Below are positions 43,479-56,956 of a stretch of 64,000 nucleotides of DNA, in pieces. Within the stretch, counting starts at the first letter, position 1. The number at the start of each line of letters is the position of its first letter. This DNA is from Gammaproteobacteria bacterium. Its GTDB lineage: Bacteria; Pseudomonadota; Gammaproteobacteria; UBA4575. The position numbers and the translations under genes were made by a program. Where the stretch lies: contig CBDEUS010000001.1 of NCBI GenBank assembly GCA_965243395.1, positions 384,001 to 448,000 on the forward strand, written 5' to 3'. The notes under the pieces were generated by a model, which was given only the letters and a program-made list of their open reading frames with translations, was not told where the DNA came from and did no database searches.

Positions 43479-44210
43479 ATGTATAAGTTGATCATTTATT
43501 TAGTGTTGCTTTTATTTAGCTCTCAAATAGCAGTTGCTGGTGAGTCTGAGGATATTGCTAACATCATGGAGCGTTTAGAAAAATTAGCACCGCAAGATAA
43601 GCCAGACTCAATTAAACCCACTGCTGTAAATGGCTTATATGAAGTTATTTTTGGTTCAGAAATATTTTATGTTTCATCAGACGGTCGTTATGTTATTCAG
43701 GGTGCATTATTGGATTTAAATACCAATGAGAATATGACTGAAACGACACGAGCTAATTTACGCAAGACAGCCATGAGTCAGCTGAAAGAATCTGAAATGA
43801 TCGTATTCTCACCAGAAAAGCCTCGTCACACACTAACGGTGTTTACGGATATCGATTGTGGTTATTGCAGAAAATTACATTCTGAGATGGATCAGTTAAA
43901 TAGTTATGGCGTTAAAGTGCGTTATATGATGTTTCCACGTAGTGGTCCTAATACTCCATCCTTTCAGAAAGCAGTAAATGTTTGGTGCGCAAAAGACCAG
44001 CAGGTATCGATGACTAGAGCAAAGGCGGGCGAGAGTGTTCCTCAAGCGAATTGTGATCATCCTATCAATTCGCAGTTTAGTGCAGGACAACAATTAGGTG
44101 TAACTGGTACTCCTGCATTGTTGCTAGATGATGGAACATTGATTCCTGGTTATCGACCTGCAAAAGATTTAGCAGCAATGTTGGATGAACATACTAAGAA
44201 GAGTAATTAA
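43479..44210 (+). CDS. dsbC: Disulfide isomerase DsbC
   Basis: Signal peptide, FTDIDCGYCRKLH and GVTGTPA. Confidence 0.95.
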   Translation: MYKLIIYLVLLLFSSQIAVAGESEDIANIMERLEKLAPQDKPDSIKPTAVNGLYEVIFGSEIFYVSSDGRYVIQGALLDLNTNENMTETTRANLRKTAMSQLKESEMIVFSPEKPRHTLTVFTDIDCGYCRKLHSEMDQLNSYGVKVRYMMFPRSGPNTPSFQKAVNVWCAKDQQVSMTRAKAGESVPQANCDHPINSQFSAGQQLGVTGTPALLLDDGTLIPGYRPAKDLAAMLDEHTKKSN

Positions 44211-44212
44211 TT

Positions 44213-47200
44213 TTATCCGTTTAACTCATCATCAGAATAATCATAGATTGCCGGAATGGATGTAAACAAAACTGATGTGCGTATCGTTTTGTTTGGATAT
44301 AGTTTTTTCACAGCATTTTTATAAACACTCATTTGAGGACAATACTGCTTCGCTAATTCGTGCATCGAGGCCAGTGTGGCTTCGCTTGAGGTTTTATAAT
44401 CAATAATCCAAGCAGACATTTTGTAAATTATTATGTGATCTATGATGCGAAAGTAGACTTTATTGCTTTCTGTAAAGCTTATCGGAATTTCTTTTAAAAT
44501 TTCTTTTTCGTCTGAGGTTGAAAATATCTCTTCTAGCTCTTTCGATTGATAACAATTTTTTACTTCATTCAATGCGCGTTCAAAATTAGAGTGACTTTCA
44601 ATAGACCCAAGTTCAGATTCAACCGTGATTCTTAAATTTTCGTAGTCTGACTCTTCTTGGAAAAAGTGTGGTTCGGCGAGTTCAAATATCTTATGCACAA
44701 GTGTTCCATAATCAGCTTTAGTATCATTTTTAACGCCCTGTTTAGTATTTGCATCGATGTCGTTTGGTTTAACAAAAGCTTGGCTTAAGTCGTAAGTATG
44801 ATTTTGATACTGCTTATTTTTTTCAGCTTCGACTTTTTGTGACTCTGGTATAGGAGCAGTACCAAACTTCATGCATAAGGGATTACTATTGATATCTTGT
44901 TCAAACGCATCATTAATTATGGAGTGCCAAGAAATTGAATGATGTTGTGAAGCAGTCCCGCTGATAAATAAGTATTGTTTTGCGCGAGTTAAGGCTACAT
45001 AAAGTAAGTTTAGTTCTTCTAGACGTTCTTTATCAGTTTGTTTATTGATTATTGATTGTGTATCTGTATCAATTTCGTTTTTGCGTCCTAGTATGAAAAA
45101 TAATTCCGGCTGTAGAGCGCCTGGGGGCCACTGAATGATGGGTTGATAAGTAAAGGGTTTGTTTTTTTGTGGTCCTGTATCATACAAAAATACTACAGGC
45201 GCTTCTAAGCCTTTAGCAGCATGAATAGTCATGATCTGCACAACATTTTCATTTTGCTGCTGTAAGTTTCTCGATAGCGAAATACCAGCATTTGGTTTTC
45301 GTAACGCGTTTAAGAAAGACTGAACGCTAGAATATCTACCTGCATCTATATCTAAACTAAGTTGAAGTAGTGAAATAAGGTTATCTAATACTTGCGTTTT
45401 CGATTTATTGTTATCCTTTTTTGTACAGCACGATGCATAACGTGATAGTAGATTAGTCTGAAAATATATTTGATCAAGTAAATCATGAACTGGAAGCGTA
45501 TTAGTCATTAGTTGCCAGTTATGAATCTGTTCTAGCGCAGATTTTGCTTTAGGGTTGGCCGAAGTGTCTGCATATTCGATAAGTTTTTCATGCCACGTAT
45601 TTTGGTTTTGAATAGATATCTGCATCAATTCTTCATCTGAAAACGCATACAAGGGGCTACGCAACACTTGTGCAAGTGCTAAGTCATTGTGAGGCTGGAT
45701 TAAAAATGTCAGTAGAGCCAATATATCTTGAATTTCGAGAGCTGATAAAAAATCTTTTTCATAAGTGCTGTTGTAGGGTATGTTTTGCTCGCGCAATGCA
45801 AGTTCAAGCTGTGCCAAATGTGTGCGGTTGCGAGCCAAAATCATGATATCGCTGAAACAGACTGCTCTTGCCCCAGATTGATCATTAATCGTAGTTGAGT
45901 TACAGATTATTGTGTTTATTTTGTTTGCTACGCTTTGTCCTTCTAAATAATGACAATCGTATTCGACATTTTGCTTAGGCTCTGTAAGTGGATTTCGAAA
46001 AGCTTTATGTTGAATAGCTTTTTCATCTAAATCATCAACAGTGATTAAAGAATCTACATGGACTTCTCCCCATAAATTTGATTGCACGGCTTGATGAGTA
46101 TTAAAGTTATTGAGCAATATATTTTCTTGTGAAAATACTTGGTTAACAAAATTTACAATTGCTGGTGAGGAGCGAAATGATTCATCCGTTTCGAGTACGT
46201 CAGCTTTAAGGTTTTGTTTAGCCCAATTTGCAGCATTAAATTGCAGCTCAGAATTTGCTCGGCGAAAGCCATAAATGGATTGTTTGGCATCGCCTACAAA
46301 AAATAAGCTTCTATGATTTTCACTAGAATCTATTGCTAGTTCATTTAGTAAAGGGGATATCAATTTCCATTGAGTTGGATTTGTGTCTTGAAACTCATCT
46401 ATTAAAATGTGCTGAATGCGCTGATCCAGTTTGTACTGAACCCAGGCAGCATTTTCATGTTGGTTTAAAAGTAGATAGGTGTACCACTCGAGATCATCAA
46501 AATCCAAAAAATGTTGCTGGAATTTTAGTTCTTGATATTCCTGTATAAGGATATGCCCCGCAAAAAACCATGCACGGTTAAATTCATATAATGCTTGTTT
46601 CTTTTTATTGTCTAGGTAGTCGAAAAATTTTTCACAAATAATGTCATGTAGCTCAAGCAATTTATTCATATTTTCATTGCCTAAGTTTTTTTCTAGTGCT
46701 TTGCTGGTCTTGAGCTTGCGCATTTTTAATTCATTCGTTAAAAACACATTAACGATCGCGTCCAAATGTTGCTCTTCGAGCTGTGTGCTTTGTAAAAATA
46801 TCGTCAGATTCTTGCAGTGGCGTAGATTAGTATCCGTTGGGTGCTGAGACAGATAAACTGAATACTTTTCAACGAACGGCCTAAGAGAGTTCAAAAAATC
46901 TGATAAGTTAAAAGTTTTCTTAAATAGCTTTTTATGTAAGCATTCACCGGCATAGGTAACAGGATCAGTTTGTAGTTCAGTAAAACTCCACCAGTCACTC
47001 CTGGAGTCAATGAAGGTGTCAAGCAGCTGGTTAACATTATTGACGCTGCTGCTGTGTTGTAGCAGTTTAAACAACGCTTGACTAAGCTTAATATGATCTT
47101 TTGATTGTGCTTTTTTGAACAAGCGTTTTCGTGCTTCTTCTTTGAGCTCAAATGTGGTTTCAACTACTCGAAAGCCTGCAGGCACACCTGCATGAATTGC

Positions 47201-47602
47201 GAAACGTTTTAGAATATCCTGGCAAAATGCATGAAAAGTGGTAATTCGTATTTCATGCTCGGCAAATAATAATTCTTCATATAAGTTTCTCGCTTTTGAT
47301 ATGCTTACGTTATCATATGAATGCGAGAGATCTTTTAGCGTTTTCTGTAATTGTGAATCATCCACTGAAGCCCACTCGGCCAATACTTTCATTAGTCGTT
47401 CTTGCATTTCTGCGGCTGCTTTGCGCGTGAAAGTAATGGCTAAAATTTGTGCAGGCTCAATTCCATTAAGCAATAGTTTTAATATACGGTGAACAAGAAG
47501 ATACGTTTTACCACTTCCTGCAGAGGCAAATACTGCAATATTTGCATACGGATCTGTAGCGCGTTGGGTTTTGTTAATGTGACTAATATTCGAGCCTGTC
47601 AT
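44213..47602 (-). CDS. addA: AddA/RecB-like UvrD helicase with C-terminal PD-(D/E)XK nuclease
   Basis: ASAGSGKT, ITFTRKAAAEM, IDEFQDT, VGDAKQSIYGFRRA, LLYVALTRA and ID...IIDYKT. Confidence 0.8.
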   Translation of the reverse strand: MTGSNISHINKTQRATDPYANIAVFASAGSGKTYLLVHRILKLLLNGIEPAQILAITFTRKAAAEMQERLMKVLAEWASVDDSQLQKTLKDLSHSYDNVSISKARNLYEELLFAEHEIRITTFHAFCQDILKRFAIHAGVPAGFRVVETTFELKEEARKRLFKKAQSKDHIKLSQALFKLLQHSSSVNNVNQLLDTFIDSRSDWWSFTELQTDPVTYAGECLHKKLFKKTFNLSDFLNSLRPFVEKYSVYLSQHPTDTNLRHCKNLTIFLQSTQLEEQHLDAIVNVFLTNELKMRKLKTSKALEKNLGNENMNKLLELHDIICEKFFDYLDNKKKQALYEFNRAWFFAGHILIQEYQELKFQQHFLDFDDLEWYTYLLLNQHENAAWVQYKLDQRIQHILIDEFQDTNPTQWKLISPLLNELAIDSSENHRSLFFVGDAKQSIYGFRRANSELQFNAANWAKQNLKADVLETDESFRSSPAIVNFVNQVFSQENILLNNFNTHQAVQSNLWGEVHVDSLITVDDLDEKAIQHKAFRNPLTEPKQNVEYDCHYLEGQSVANKINTIICNSTTINDQSGARAVCFSDIMILARNRTHLAQLELALREQNIPYNSTYEKDFLSALEIQDILALLTFLIQPHNDLALAQVLRSPLYAFSDEELMQISIQNQNTWHEKLIEYADTSANPKAKSALEQIHNWQLMTNTLPVHDLLDQIYFQTNLLSRYASCCTKKDNNKSKTQVLDNLISLLQLSLDIDAGRYSSVQSFLNALRKPNAGISLSRNLQQQNENVVQIMTIHAAKGLEAPVVFLYDTGPQKNKPFTYQPIIQWPPGALQPELFFILGRKNEIDTDTQSIINKQTDKERLEELNLLYVALTRAKQYLFISGTASQHHSISWHSIINDAFEQDINSNPLCMKFGTAPIPESQKVEAEKNKQYQNHTYDLSQAFVKPNDIDANTKQGVKNDTKADYGTLVHKIFELAEPHFFQEESDYENLRITVESELGSIESHSNFERALNEVKNCYQSKELEEIFSTSDEKEILKEIPISFTESNKVYFRIIDHIIIYKMSAWIIDYKTSSEATLASMHELAKQYCPQMSVYKNAVKKLYPNKTIRTSVLFTSIPAIYDYSDDELNG

Positions 47603-47664
47603 GTGGCTAGCATACTGTCGTGATTAGGTTCGTACAATTATTTAAGTTTTAAAAAGGAAACTGA

Positions 47665-49551
<1,887 letters not shown>

Positions 49552-49561
49552 TTTATTTGCG

Positions 49562-49603
49562 CGAAGTCAGGTTAGAAAAAAAGTGAACATGGTGCAATTG
49601 TGA
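49562..49603 (+). repeat. Degenerate duplicate of the parE 3' end
   Basis: 49570-49603 aligns to 49517-49551 at 26/35 identity (one gap), including the TGA stop. Confidence 0.7.
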
Positions 49604-49636
49604 AAAAATCATGCAAGATGGTAGAAAATTAAATAT

Positions 49637-51907
49637 ATGAGTGAAAATTTAGAAATGGACTTTGAACAGTCTGAAGAATTACCCATTCAGGAATTTGCTG
49701 AAAAGGCATATTTGGAATATTCCATGTATGTGATTCTTGACCGTGCATTGCCAAATATTGGGGATGGCTTGAAGCCGGTACAACGTAGAATTATTTATTC
49801 CATGTCAGAGCTTGGTTTGTCAGCAGTTTCCAAACATAAAAAATCGGCGCGTACGGTAGGGGATGTGATTGGTAAATATCATCCTCATGGAGACAGTGCG
49901 TGTTATGAAGCCATGGTTTTAATGGCACAGCCATTTTCTTATCGTTATCCGCTTGTAGATGGTCAAGGCAATTGGGGTTCAACCGATGATCCTAAGTCTT
50001 TTGCAGCCATGCGCTACACCGAGTCAAGATTAACTAAATACGCAAAAGCATTATTGCAGGAGCTGGATCAAGGTACTGCTGAATGGGTGCCGAATTTTGA
50101 TGGCACTTTATCAGAACCAAAAGTATTACCAGCTCGTTTACCAAATGTATTGCTAAATGGCGGAATGGGAATTGCCGTAGGAATGTCTACGGATATCCCG
50201 CCACATAATATCAATGAAGTGGTGAATGCCTGTGTACATTTGCTAGATCATCCCAAGGCAACGGTTGCTGAACTATGCAAACACATTAAAGGTCCAGATT
50301 ATCCAACTGGTGCGGAAATTATTTCAGATCCAAAGGAAATTAAAGAAATTTATGCAACGGGCACTGGTTCCGTGCGAATGCGCGCTGTCTATCAAAAAGA
50401 AGATTCAGATATTGTTATTACTGCATTGCCTCATCAGGTTTCCGGCGCAAAAATATTGGAACAGATAGCGCAACAAATGCAATCCAAAAAATTGCCCATG
50501 GTGCAAGATTTGCGGGATGAATCTGATCATGAAAATCCAATTCGTATCGTAATTACTCCACGAAGTAATCGCATCAATATCGATGATTTAATGTCGCACA
50601 TTTTTGCAACGACTGATTTAGAAAAAAATTATCGTGCAAATTTGAATGTGATCGGCATTGATGGTCTCCCTCAGGTTAAAAATATACGAGATTTGCTTAA
50701 AGAATGGCTGGAATTTAGAAAAGAGACGGTAAAAAAACGCTTGCAATGGCGTTTAGATAAAGTAGCTAAGCGATTGCACGAATTAGATGGACTTTTAATT
50801 GCATATTTAAATATTGATGAAGTCATAAAGATCATACGCAATGAAGATGAGCCAAAAGTTAAATTGATGAAAAAATTCAAGCTTAGTGATGAGCAAGCTG
50901 AATATATATTAAATTTACGTTTACGTAACTTAGCTAAAATTGAAGAAATAAAAATTAAAGCTGAGAAAAAAGAATTATCTACTGAGAGGAAAACACTGGA
51001 GCAGACCCTTAAATCAAGCGCCCGTTTGAAAACCCTAATTAAAAAAGAACTAAAACAAGATGCAGAAGAATTTGGAGATGAGCGTCGCTCTAAATTAGTT
51101 AAACGTGAAGCTGCTACTGCAATAGATGAATCCAAATTAGTTCCCTCTGAGGCTATTACGGTTGTGCTATCTCAAAAAGGCTGGGTGCGGGCAGCAAAAG
51201 GAACAGAAGTTAACGCTAGAGAACTCAATTATAAGTCTGGAGACGCTTATCAAGCTCATGCTTTTGGCAAGTCAAATCAAAACGCATTATTTATAGATTC
51301 GCGTGGACGTTGTTATGCCTTACCTGCACACACTTTACCTTCTGCACGAGGCCAGGGTGAGCCATTAAGTGGTAAATTGAAACCCGCAGATGGTGCACAA
51401 TTTGTGGGTGTAATGATGGGCGATCCCGAAGATTACTACTTACTCGCAAGTAGTGCGGGTTATGGATTTGTCGGCAAACTTGAAGACATGTTTACCCGTA
51501 ATCGCGCCGGTAAAGCGATGTTATCGGTGCCTAAGGGTGCACAAGCACTGCCACCCGTTCGGGTTCGGAGTATTGACGAGGATTGGATCATTTCTATAGG
51601 TTCTGCTGGTAATATGTTAGTCATCCCTTTAAATGAAATTCCGGTATTGCCAAAAGGAAAAGGTAATAAAATCATTAATATTCCAAGTAAGAAAGTGGTG
51701 AGTGGTGAAGAATACATGCGTGCGATAGCTTTAGTGCAAGATGGTGAAAGCCTTACCCTGCACGCTGGAAAGCGTACTAAGAAAATGAAAGGTGATGAAA
51801 TTGACACTTTTGTTGGAGAGCGTGGTCAAAGGGGATTAAAGTTATCACAAGGTTACCGGAATGTTGATGCAATTGAAGTTCACATGGATGAAAAAATAGA
51901 AGAGTAA
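49637..51907 (+). CDS. parC: DNA topoisomerase IV subunit A
   Basis: [20 protein letters not shown] and AAMRYTE. Confidence 0.96.
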   Translation: MSENLEMDFEQSEELPIQEFAEKAYLEYSMYVILDRALPNIGDGLKPVQRRIIYSMSELGLSAVSKHKKSARTVGDVIGKYHPHGDSACYEAMVLMAQPFSYRYPLVDGQGNWGSTDDPKSFAAMRYTESRLTKYAKALLQELDQGTAEWVPNFDGTLSEPKVLPARLPNVLLNGGMGIAVGMSTDIPPHNINEVVNACVHLLDHPKATVAELCKHIKGPDYPTGAEIISDPKEIKEIYATGTGSVRMRAVYQKEDSDIVITALPHQVSGAKILEQIAQQMQSKKLPMVQDLRDESDHENPIRIVITPRSNRINIDDLMSHIFATTDLEKNYRANLNVIGIDGLPQVKNIRDLLKEWLEFRKETVKKRLQWRLDKVAKRLHELDGLLIAYLNIDEVIKIIRNEDEPKVKLMKKFKLSDEQAEYILNLRLRNLAKIEEIKIKAEKKELSTERKTLEQTLKSSARLKTLIKKELKQDAEEFGDERRSKLVKREAATAIDESKLVPSEAITVVLSQKGWVRAAKGTEVNARELNYKSGDAYQAHAFGKSNQNALFIDSRGRCYALPAHTLPSARGQGEPLSGKLKPADGAQFVGVMMGDPEDYYLLASSAGYGFVGKLEDMFTRNRAGKAMLSVPKGAQALPPVRVRSIDEDWIISIGSAGNMLVIPLNEIPVLPKGKGNKIINIPSKKVVSGEEYMRAIALVQDGESLTLHAGKRTKKMKGDEIDTFVGERGQRGLKLSQGYRNVDAIEVHMDEKIEE

Positions 51908-51910
51908 AAT

Positions 51911-51938
51911 CTTGAGTTTTAATAATAAGGCTCCATAT
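51911..51938 (+). promoter_or_regulatory. sigma32 (heat-shock) promoter for htpX
   Basis: CTTGAG-N14-CTCCATAT versus consensus CTTGAA-N13-17-CCCCATNT. Confidence 0.7.
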
Positions 51939-51981
51939 TTAAATAATGCAGATAAATTTACAATTTTGTGAGGGTTAGTTA

Positions 51982-52866
51982 ATGGCAACTCGAATCTTTC
52001 TACTTATCGCAACTAATTTTGCTGTGATCGTTGTTTTAGGAATTGTGGCTCAGCTTATCGGGCTCGATAAAATCATGGCTCAAAATGGCATGTCTGGTCA
52101 GCTGACGGGTTTGTTTATTATGTCGTTAGTCATTGGTTTTGGTGGTTCATTTATTTCTTTAGCCATGTCCAAGTGGCTGGCAAAAAGATCAATGGGTGTG
52201 CATATGATTGAGCAACCATCAAACGAAGTGGAGCAATGGTTGATGGATACCGTACAACGTCAAGCAGAACAAGCCAACATCGGTATGCCAGAAGTTGGAA
52301 TTTTTGATACACCTGAAGTAAATGCTTTCGCAACAGGTATGCGTCGTAATAATGCGATGGTTGCGGTGAGTACCGGTTTGTTAAATGCAATGAGTCGTGA
52401 TGAAGCAGAAGCCGTGATGGCACATGAGATTAGTCATGTTGCGAATGGAGATATGGTTACTATGGGACTTATTCAGGGTGTATTGAATACTTTTGTAATT
52501 TTCTTGTCTCGTATTGTAGGCATTATTGTCGATAAAGCTGTGTTTAAGTCTAGAAGTGGTTTTGGACCTGGATATTACATAGTTAGTATCATCGCGCAAA
52601 TCGTTTTGGGAATATTGGCATCTATTATTGCGAGTTGGTATTCGCGTCGACGTGAATTTCGTGCAGATGCTGGAGGTGCAGAATTAGCGGGGCGTGAAAA
52701 AATGGCTGCGGCATTAGAGCGTCTTAAAGCACAACACGAGCCACAAGAATTACCAGGACAACTTGCAGCCTTTGGAATTTCGGGTGGCATGAAAGATGGG
52801 CTTAGAAAACTATTCAGTACACATCCACCGCTAGAAGATCGAATTGCGGCCCTAAGAAATTACTAA
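51982..52866 (+). CDS. htpX: Membrane protease HtpX
   Basis: [29 protein letters not shown] and [10 protein letters not shown]. Confidence 0.96.
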   Translation: MATRIFLLIATNFAVIVVLGIVAQLIGLDKIMAQNGMSGQLTGLFIMSLVIGFGGSFISLAMSKWLAKRSMGVHMIEQPSNEVEQWLMDTVQRQAEQANIGMPEVGIFDTPEVNAFATGMRRNNAMVAVSTGLLNAMSRDEAEAVMAHEISHVANGDMVTMGLIQGVLNTFVIFLSRIVGIIVDKAVFKSRSGFGPGYYIVSIIAQIVLGILASIIASWYSRRREFRADAGGAELAGREKMAAALERLKAQHEPQELPGQLAAFGISGGMKDGLRKLFSTHPPLEDRIAALRNY

Positions 52867-52931
52867 GGGAGATTATTAAGGGAAATAGCTAATAAAGAAA
52901 ATAGCTAGAAGGTTAATCTATAAAAATTCGT

Positions 52932-55004
52932 TTATAGAGAAAAATCGTAGTTGGGTTGTTCGCCAGGAGGTTGTAAAAAGTTACCTTGTGTATAATTGAT
53001 ACCTAGACTCCATAAGATCGACAGGGTGTCTGCATCTTCAATGAATTGCGCGATAACCTTCGTTCCAGCCGGTTTAAGGGCTTCTGCAATTTCACGGATA
53101 GCGTTCTGATTTTCTTGGTTGTCGCTGACCCCAGACATTAAGCTGTGACAAATCTTCACATAGTTTGCTGGGATTGCTTTCAATATTTTTGCAGGATTTT
53201 CACCTGCGCCGAATGCATCGATTGCAATTTCTGCTTTCATGCCTTGTAATGCAGTGACCAAATTTTTTGATTCTTTGAAATGAGAAATTAATACAGACTC
53301 TTTAATTTCAAAGCATACAAAGTTTGGTGAAATTCCATTGGTATTGAATTGTTCGCCTAACCAAGCCGGTAAATCTTTGTCCAAAATCGAATTAGAGCTT
53401 AATTTAATGAATAAGCGCATATCAGCGCCTTTATTGCGTAGTTCCGATAATTTCTTAAGCGCATTAAGAATAATCCAGCGGTCCAGCATTTTGCCAAAAC
53501 CCGTACGCTCAATTCGCATAACGAATTCACTGGCAGGGACAAGGTCATTTTCTTTATTTCGAAGTGCGGTATAGATCTGATAACGCTCTCCAGGCTCCCC
53601 GTGTAAGCTGATAATGGGTTGGTACAATAGAGCGAGGCGATTTTCTTTTACGGCTTCACGTAGTTTAAGGGTCCAGCGCTCGTCTTTCTCTTTTTCACCC
53701 ATCTGTTCATCATTAGGCTGGAAGATTACAATTTCATTTTTGTCATTTTCCCAAGCCTCATCACAACAATTTTTAGCTTTGTTTAAAATGTCTGGCACAT
53801 CCGTTGTGAACTGATCAATCTTTACAGCGCCAACCGCTGGTTTGATAGAAATGTAATCACTACCTGAAGACGTCATTAAATCTCCAAGACTTTTAATCAC
53901 ACTTGTTCCAAATGCTTGTATTTCTTTTGGATTGATATTGGATGTTAAAACACCGAAAGATTCTTCAGTTAACTTAGAAAGCGTTTCGCCGTGTGTGCAA
54001 CATTTACGTAAGGTGCGTGCCACATCACTACTAACTTTATCAATCGCGGCAATTCCAAACTTATCTTTTATATCACTGAAATTTGCAATATCAATCTGGA
54101 TAAATGCCTGCGACACTTTGCCTTGTGCAGCATCATTTGCAGCGGCATCGAGTTGATCCATAATTGAACGACGATGATAAAAACCAGTATGAACATCTCG
54201 TTCGCTTAAATAATTAAGTTGTTCTTCTAGATCTTTAGTATCTCCTCCACCTTCGCCACTTTGAATAACAATTTGAATGCAATCTTCGCCGGCTAGGCTG
54301 ACAGCATTGTAATTTAATTTGGCAGTAAAGTTTTCATCATCATCTTTTCTGAATGTTAAGCTAGTTTCACCTGGTTCTTTATTTTTAGAAAATGATTTTA
54401 ATAATCCTTTCATTTTAGATTGATCATCTGGAGCGACTAAATCCATGATAGACAATCCATATAATTCTTCGGTATTTGTATAACCAAATTTTTCTAGATA
54501 TTTTTCATTTGCATAAGTATGCATGCCCTCGTGTAGATAACAAATCGCATCACGTGAGCTCTCCATAAGTTTTTTGCAACGTATTTCTAGTTCATCACAA
54601 TTGGCTGCAATTTCTTTAAGTTCCTGGATATGAAATTGAGTTTTTGCGGTACTGTTTACGACTAACTGCAAATGTTCAGTGTTTTTTTTGTTTACTACAG
54701 AAGCAGCACCTTGTTGCATATAGGTGACTGGATCCTCATCAGATGATTTGGTTAGCGCAATAACGGGAATTTCAGGCGCACGTCCATTAATAGTTGTAAC
54801 TGTTTGCTCTAAAGTTACTTCACTATTCTCTAGAGCATGCAAAATGATATGCGGCTGTGCTTCGGTTAGGAGGTTAGTAAGATCATCCGCATCTTGGGCA
54901 ATTCGAGAACGCACAGCCACCCCTGATGTTTTGATGGAGCTGACCATTTCTTCAACATCATTGGGACTGCTGTCAACGAATATGAGTTGCAGCGGATGAT
55001 TCAT
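52932..55004 (-). CDS. fimX: FimX-like REC-PAS-GGDEF-EAL protein with degenerate motifs
   Basis: SSRDAICYLHEGMHTYAN PAS, degenerate GGDEF (TEESF), EAL-like QPIISLHG...QGNF; downstream of fimW. Confidence 0.8.
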   Translation of the reverse strand: MNHPLQLIFVDSSPNDVEEMVSSIKTSGVAVRSRIAQDADDLTNLLTEAQPHIILHALENSEVTLEQTVTTINGRAPEIPVIALTKSSDEDPVTYMQQGAASVVNKKNTEHLQLVVNSTAKTQFHIQELKEIAANCDELEIRCKKLMESSRDAICYLHEGMHTYANEKYLEKFGYTNTEELYGLSIMDLVAPDDQSKMKGLLKSFSKNKEPGETSLTFRKDDDENFTAKLNYNAVSLAGEDCIQIVIQSGEGGGDTKDLEEQLNYLSERDVHTGFYHRRSIMDQLDAAANDAAQGKVSQAFIQIDIANFSDIKDKFGIAAIDKVSSDVARTLRKCCTHGETLSKLTEESFGVLTSNINPKEIQAFGTSVIKSLGDLMTSSGSDYISIKPAVGAVKIDQFTTDVPDILNKAKNCCDEAWENDKNEIVIFQPNDEQMGEKEKDERWTLKLREAVKENRLALLYQPIISLHGEPGERYQIYTALRNKENDLVPASEFVMRIERTGFGKMLDRWIILNALKKLSELRNKGADMRLFIKLSSNSILDKDLPAWLGEQFNTNGISPNFVCFEIKESVLISHFKESKNLVTALQGMKAEIAIDAFGAGENPAKILKAIPANYVKICHSLMSGVSDNQENQNAIREIAEALKPAGTKVIAQFIEDADTLSILWSLGINYTQGNFLQPPGEQPNYDFSL

Positions 55005-55174
55005 AATTCTCGAGTATTCCGTACTTTAGGTGAATTTGACGTCAAAGGTCATTTTGGCAACTGGCTCAGGCTATGCAACAGGCAGACGACAATGCCTTTA
55101 TTTACACTTCTGAACGGTATCTGTAACCGATAAATTACTTGATAATTCAGGTACTTCAAGCCGCTTTTCATTTC

Positions 55175-56956
55175 TTAGTTAAGGTCCCCGGTTGGCATAT
55201 TTGGCATTTCAGAATAGGTGAATCTGGCAAATGAAATGGTCTGCTCTAGCTTGTCTTGAAATACAATATTTTGGTGCTTTTGATTGTGCTGAAGAACTAC
55301 GCTATCTCCATTTTCTGCAGCATTAGGAGGAGTGATCAAAGTTTTGATGGTAGCGCTTGAAGTTTTTTCCGTAATTTGTAGTACAAAATCAAAACCCTTT
55401 AGGCGTTCAAAATTTTGATGTGCGTCAATTACTTCTAACACCTCTACAGAGCCTGGTAAGGTTTCTAGCCCCATTTTTACACCTTGCTTTGATAGAGATT
55501 GCATCCAACGAATTACACCCAAACGCCATTCATCATTCGATTTGTCTTCTAGTCTAAGCAAAATGATATCGCCAACCTGAGATTGATAATCAGAAATGTT
55601 GTAAGAAGTTAAGCAGTATCCACCTTTACTGGCGTTGCTGACATCCCATGTTTGAACAACAGGATTAAGGCTAACTTTTTCAAGCTCTTTTTCTTCTTTT
55701 TGATGTTTTTCATTTTGAGTGTTGTTTTGTTCTGAAATTACGTTGCCACGGCTAACCCAGTCCCATGCATTTGCGCTGGATACTTCATAGCCCACTTTAT
55801 CTTCATCATCATTAAGGTTAAGAAATCGATTACCGCTTGTATTTTCAATTGGCATGAGTTCTAAGTTAGGCTTCATTTCACTATTGAGATCAATACTTGC
55901 ATCAGCAATGGTGACTCCTGTTAGCAAAATTTCTATTGCATCACGCAGGCCAATGACTATATGTAATCTTCCTTTTGCAGGTATGGCTCGTTTAGAGCTT
56001 CGGACGGGTTTGCTGGTGAGTTTGCTCAACAGGCGCTTAGCTAATGATTGATTTAACTCGGTAGACGCTGTTAATAAAGCATTATCAGGTCGGTCGGCTA
56101 TTTGTTCCAAGTCTTCAATTAATGAAGATGCTTTAACATAGCGATTTTTTGAAGATATCGGTATTTCATCATCTGGTAGTAAACGTACAGGTTTGGCAAG
56201 CGCTAAATTTATGTAGAAAGTATATTCACTATCAGTGGGTAATTTATCTGAAAGATCGGTTAAATGACTTGATTTATTTATATAGCCTGCAATTTTTTCT
56301 GCTTCCCCATGACCGTAAGTGTGTAAGTTAGCAAGTGATAATAAACAAGCTTGTGTAAATAGTATTTTTGGAGAAGATTTTGGATTTATTTCATCAATAT
56401 CATTTTTTATTTGTACGTTTGTAAAATTAAAATGTTCTGCTATACCATATAGCTGACATAAATCTTGCCAATAGCTTTGTGGTGGTTCTGAATATACTTG
56501 AGCAAGCGTAATATACTGCTCAAGTTGATAATACATTGCATGATGCACGCAAAATTCAATTTTTTTATTACTAAGAAAGCTATCGCGGTTTACTGTTTCT
56601 TGAATTACAATTCTGTAAGCAACTGCGAGCTCATTTAGAATATTTTGCTGTAGTTTTAAAACTTCATTTGCCTTTTTAGATAATGGGAAAGGCTGGGATT
56701 GTAAATATCTTCGTTGTTGTTTTAAAAACTCATGAGCAACAGGTCGCATGATCTCAATTGCAGCGAGCCTTTGTTTCGTTGAGTGGGCTTGGCGATTTGA
56801 ACGTTTTAAACCATCGTAAAATTGCTGTACTGCGAGATCTTTATCAACGTAGGGTAAATTTTTTATCCATTTGCGTAGATCACGAGGAAGTAAAGAAAAT
56901 TTATTCTCTGCCAAAGGGTCCTGATTTGGCATTGAGATATGAGTATCTAGAAGCAT
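55175..56956 (-). CDS. fimW: FimW-like c-di-GMP receptor (PilZ-like motifs)
   Basis: WIKNLP, RSSKR (RxxxR), NASKGG (NxSxxG) and LGVIRW; paired with fimX. Confidence 0.72.
   Translation of the reverse strand: MLLDTHISMPNQDPLAENKFSLLPRDLRKWIKNLPYVDKDLAVQQFYDGLKRSNRQAHSTKQRLAAIEIMRPVAHEFLKQQRRYLQSQPFPLSKKANEVLKLQQNILNELAVAYRIVIQETVNRDSFLSNKKIEFCVHHAMYYQLEQYITLAQVYSEPPQSYWQDLCQLYGIAEHFNFTNVQIKNDIDEINPKSSPKILFTQACLLSLANLHTYGHGEAEKIAGYINKSSHLTDLSDKLPTDSEYTFYINLALAKPVRLLPDDEIPISSKNRYVKASSLIEDLEQIADRPDNALLTASTELNQSLAKRLLSKLTSKPVRSSKRAIPAKGRLHIVIGLRDAIEILLTGVTIADASIDLNSEMKPNLELMPIENTSGNRFLNLNDDEDKVGYEVSSANAWDWVSRGNVISEQNNTQNEKHQKEEKELEKVSLNPVVQTWDVSNASKGGYCLTSYNISDYQSQVGDIILLRLEDKSNDEWRLGVIRWMQSLSKQGVKMGLETLPGSVEVLEVIDAHQNFERLKGFDFVLQITEKTSSATIKTLITPPNAAENGDSVVLQHNQKHQNIVFQDKLEQTISFARFTYSEMPNMPTGDLN

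Noticed and set aside
52859-52938. Short tandem duplications (ATTAYTAAGGGA x2, AAATAGCTA x2) and an AT-rich hairpin after htpX
   Set aside because: Consistent with slippage and a weak terminator between convergent genes; not an array.
55035-55046. Perfect palindrome TTTGACGTCAAA upstream of fimX
   Set aside because: Single 12-mer without FNR/CRP spacing; cannot be distinguished from chance.
55062-55077. sigma54-like GG-N10-GC (TGGCTCAGGCTATGCA) between fimX and fimW
   Set aside because: It is on the plus strand while both genes are on the minus strand, and the match is weak.
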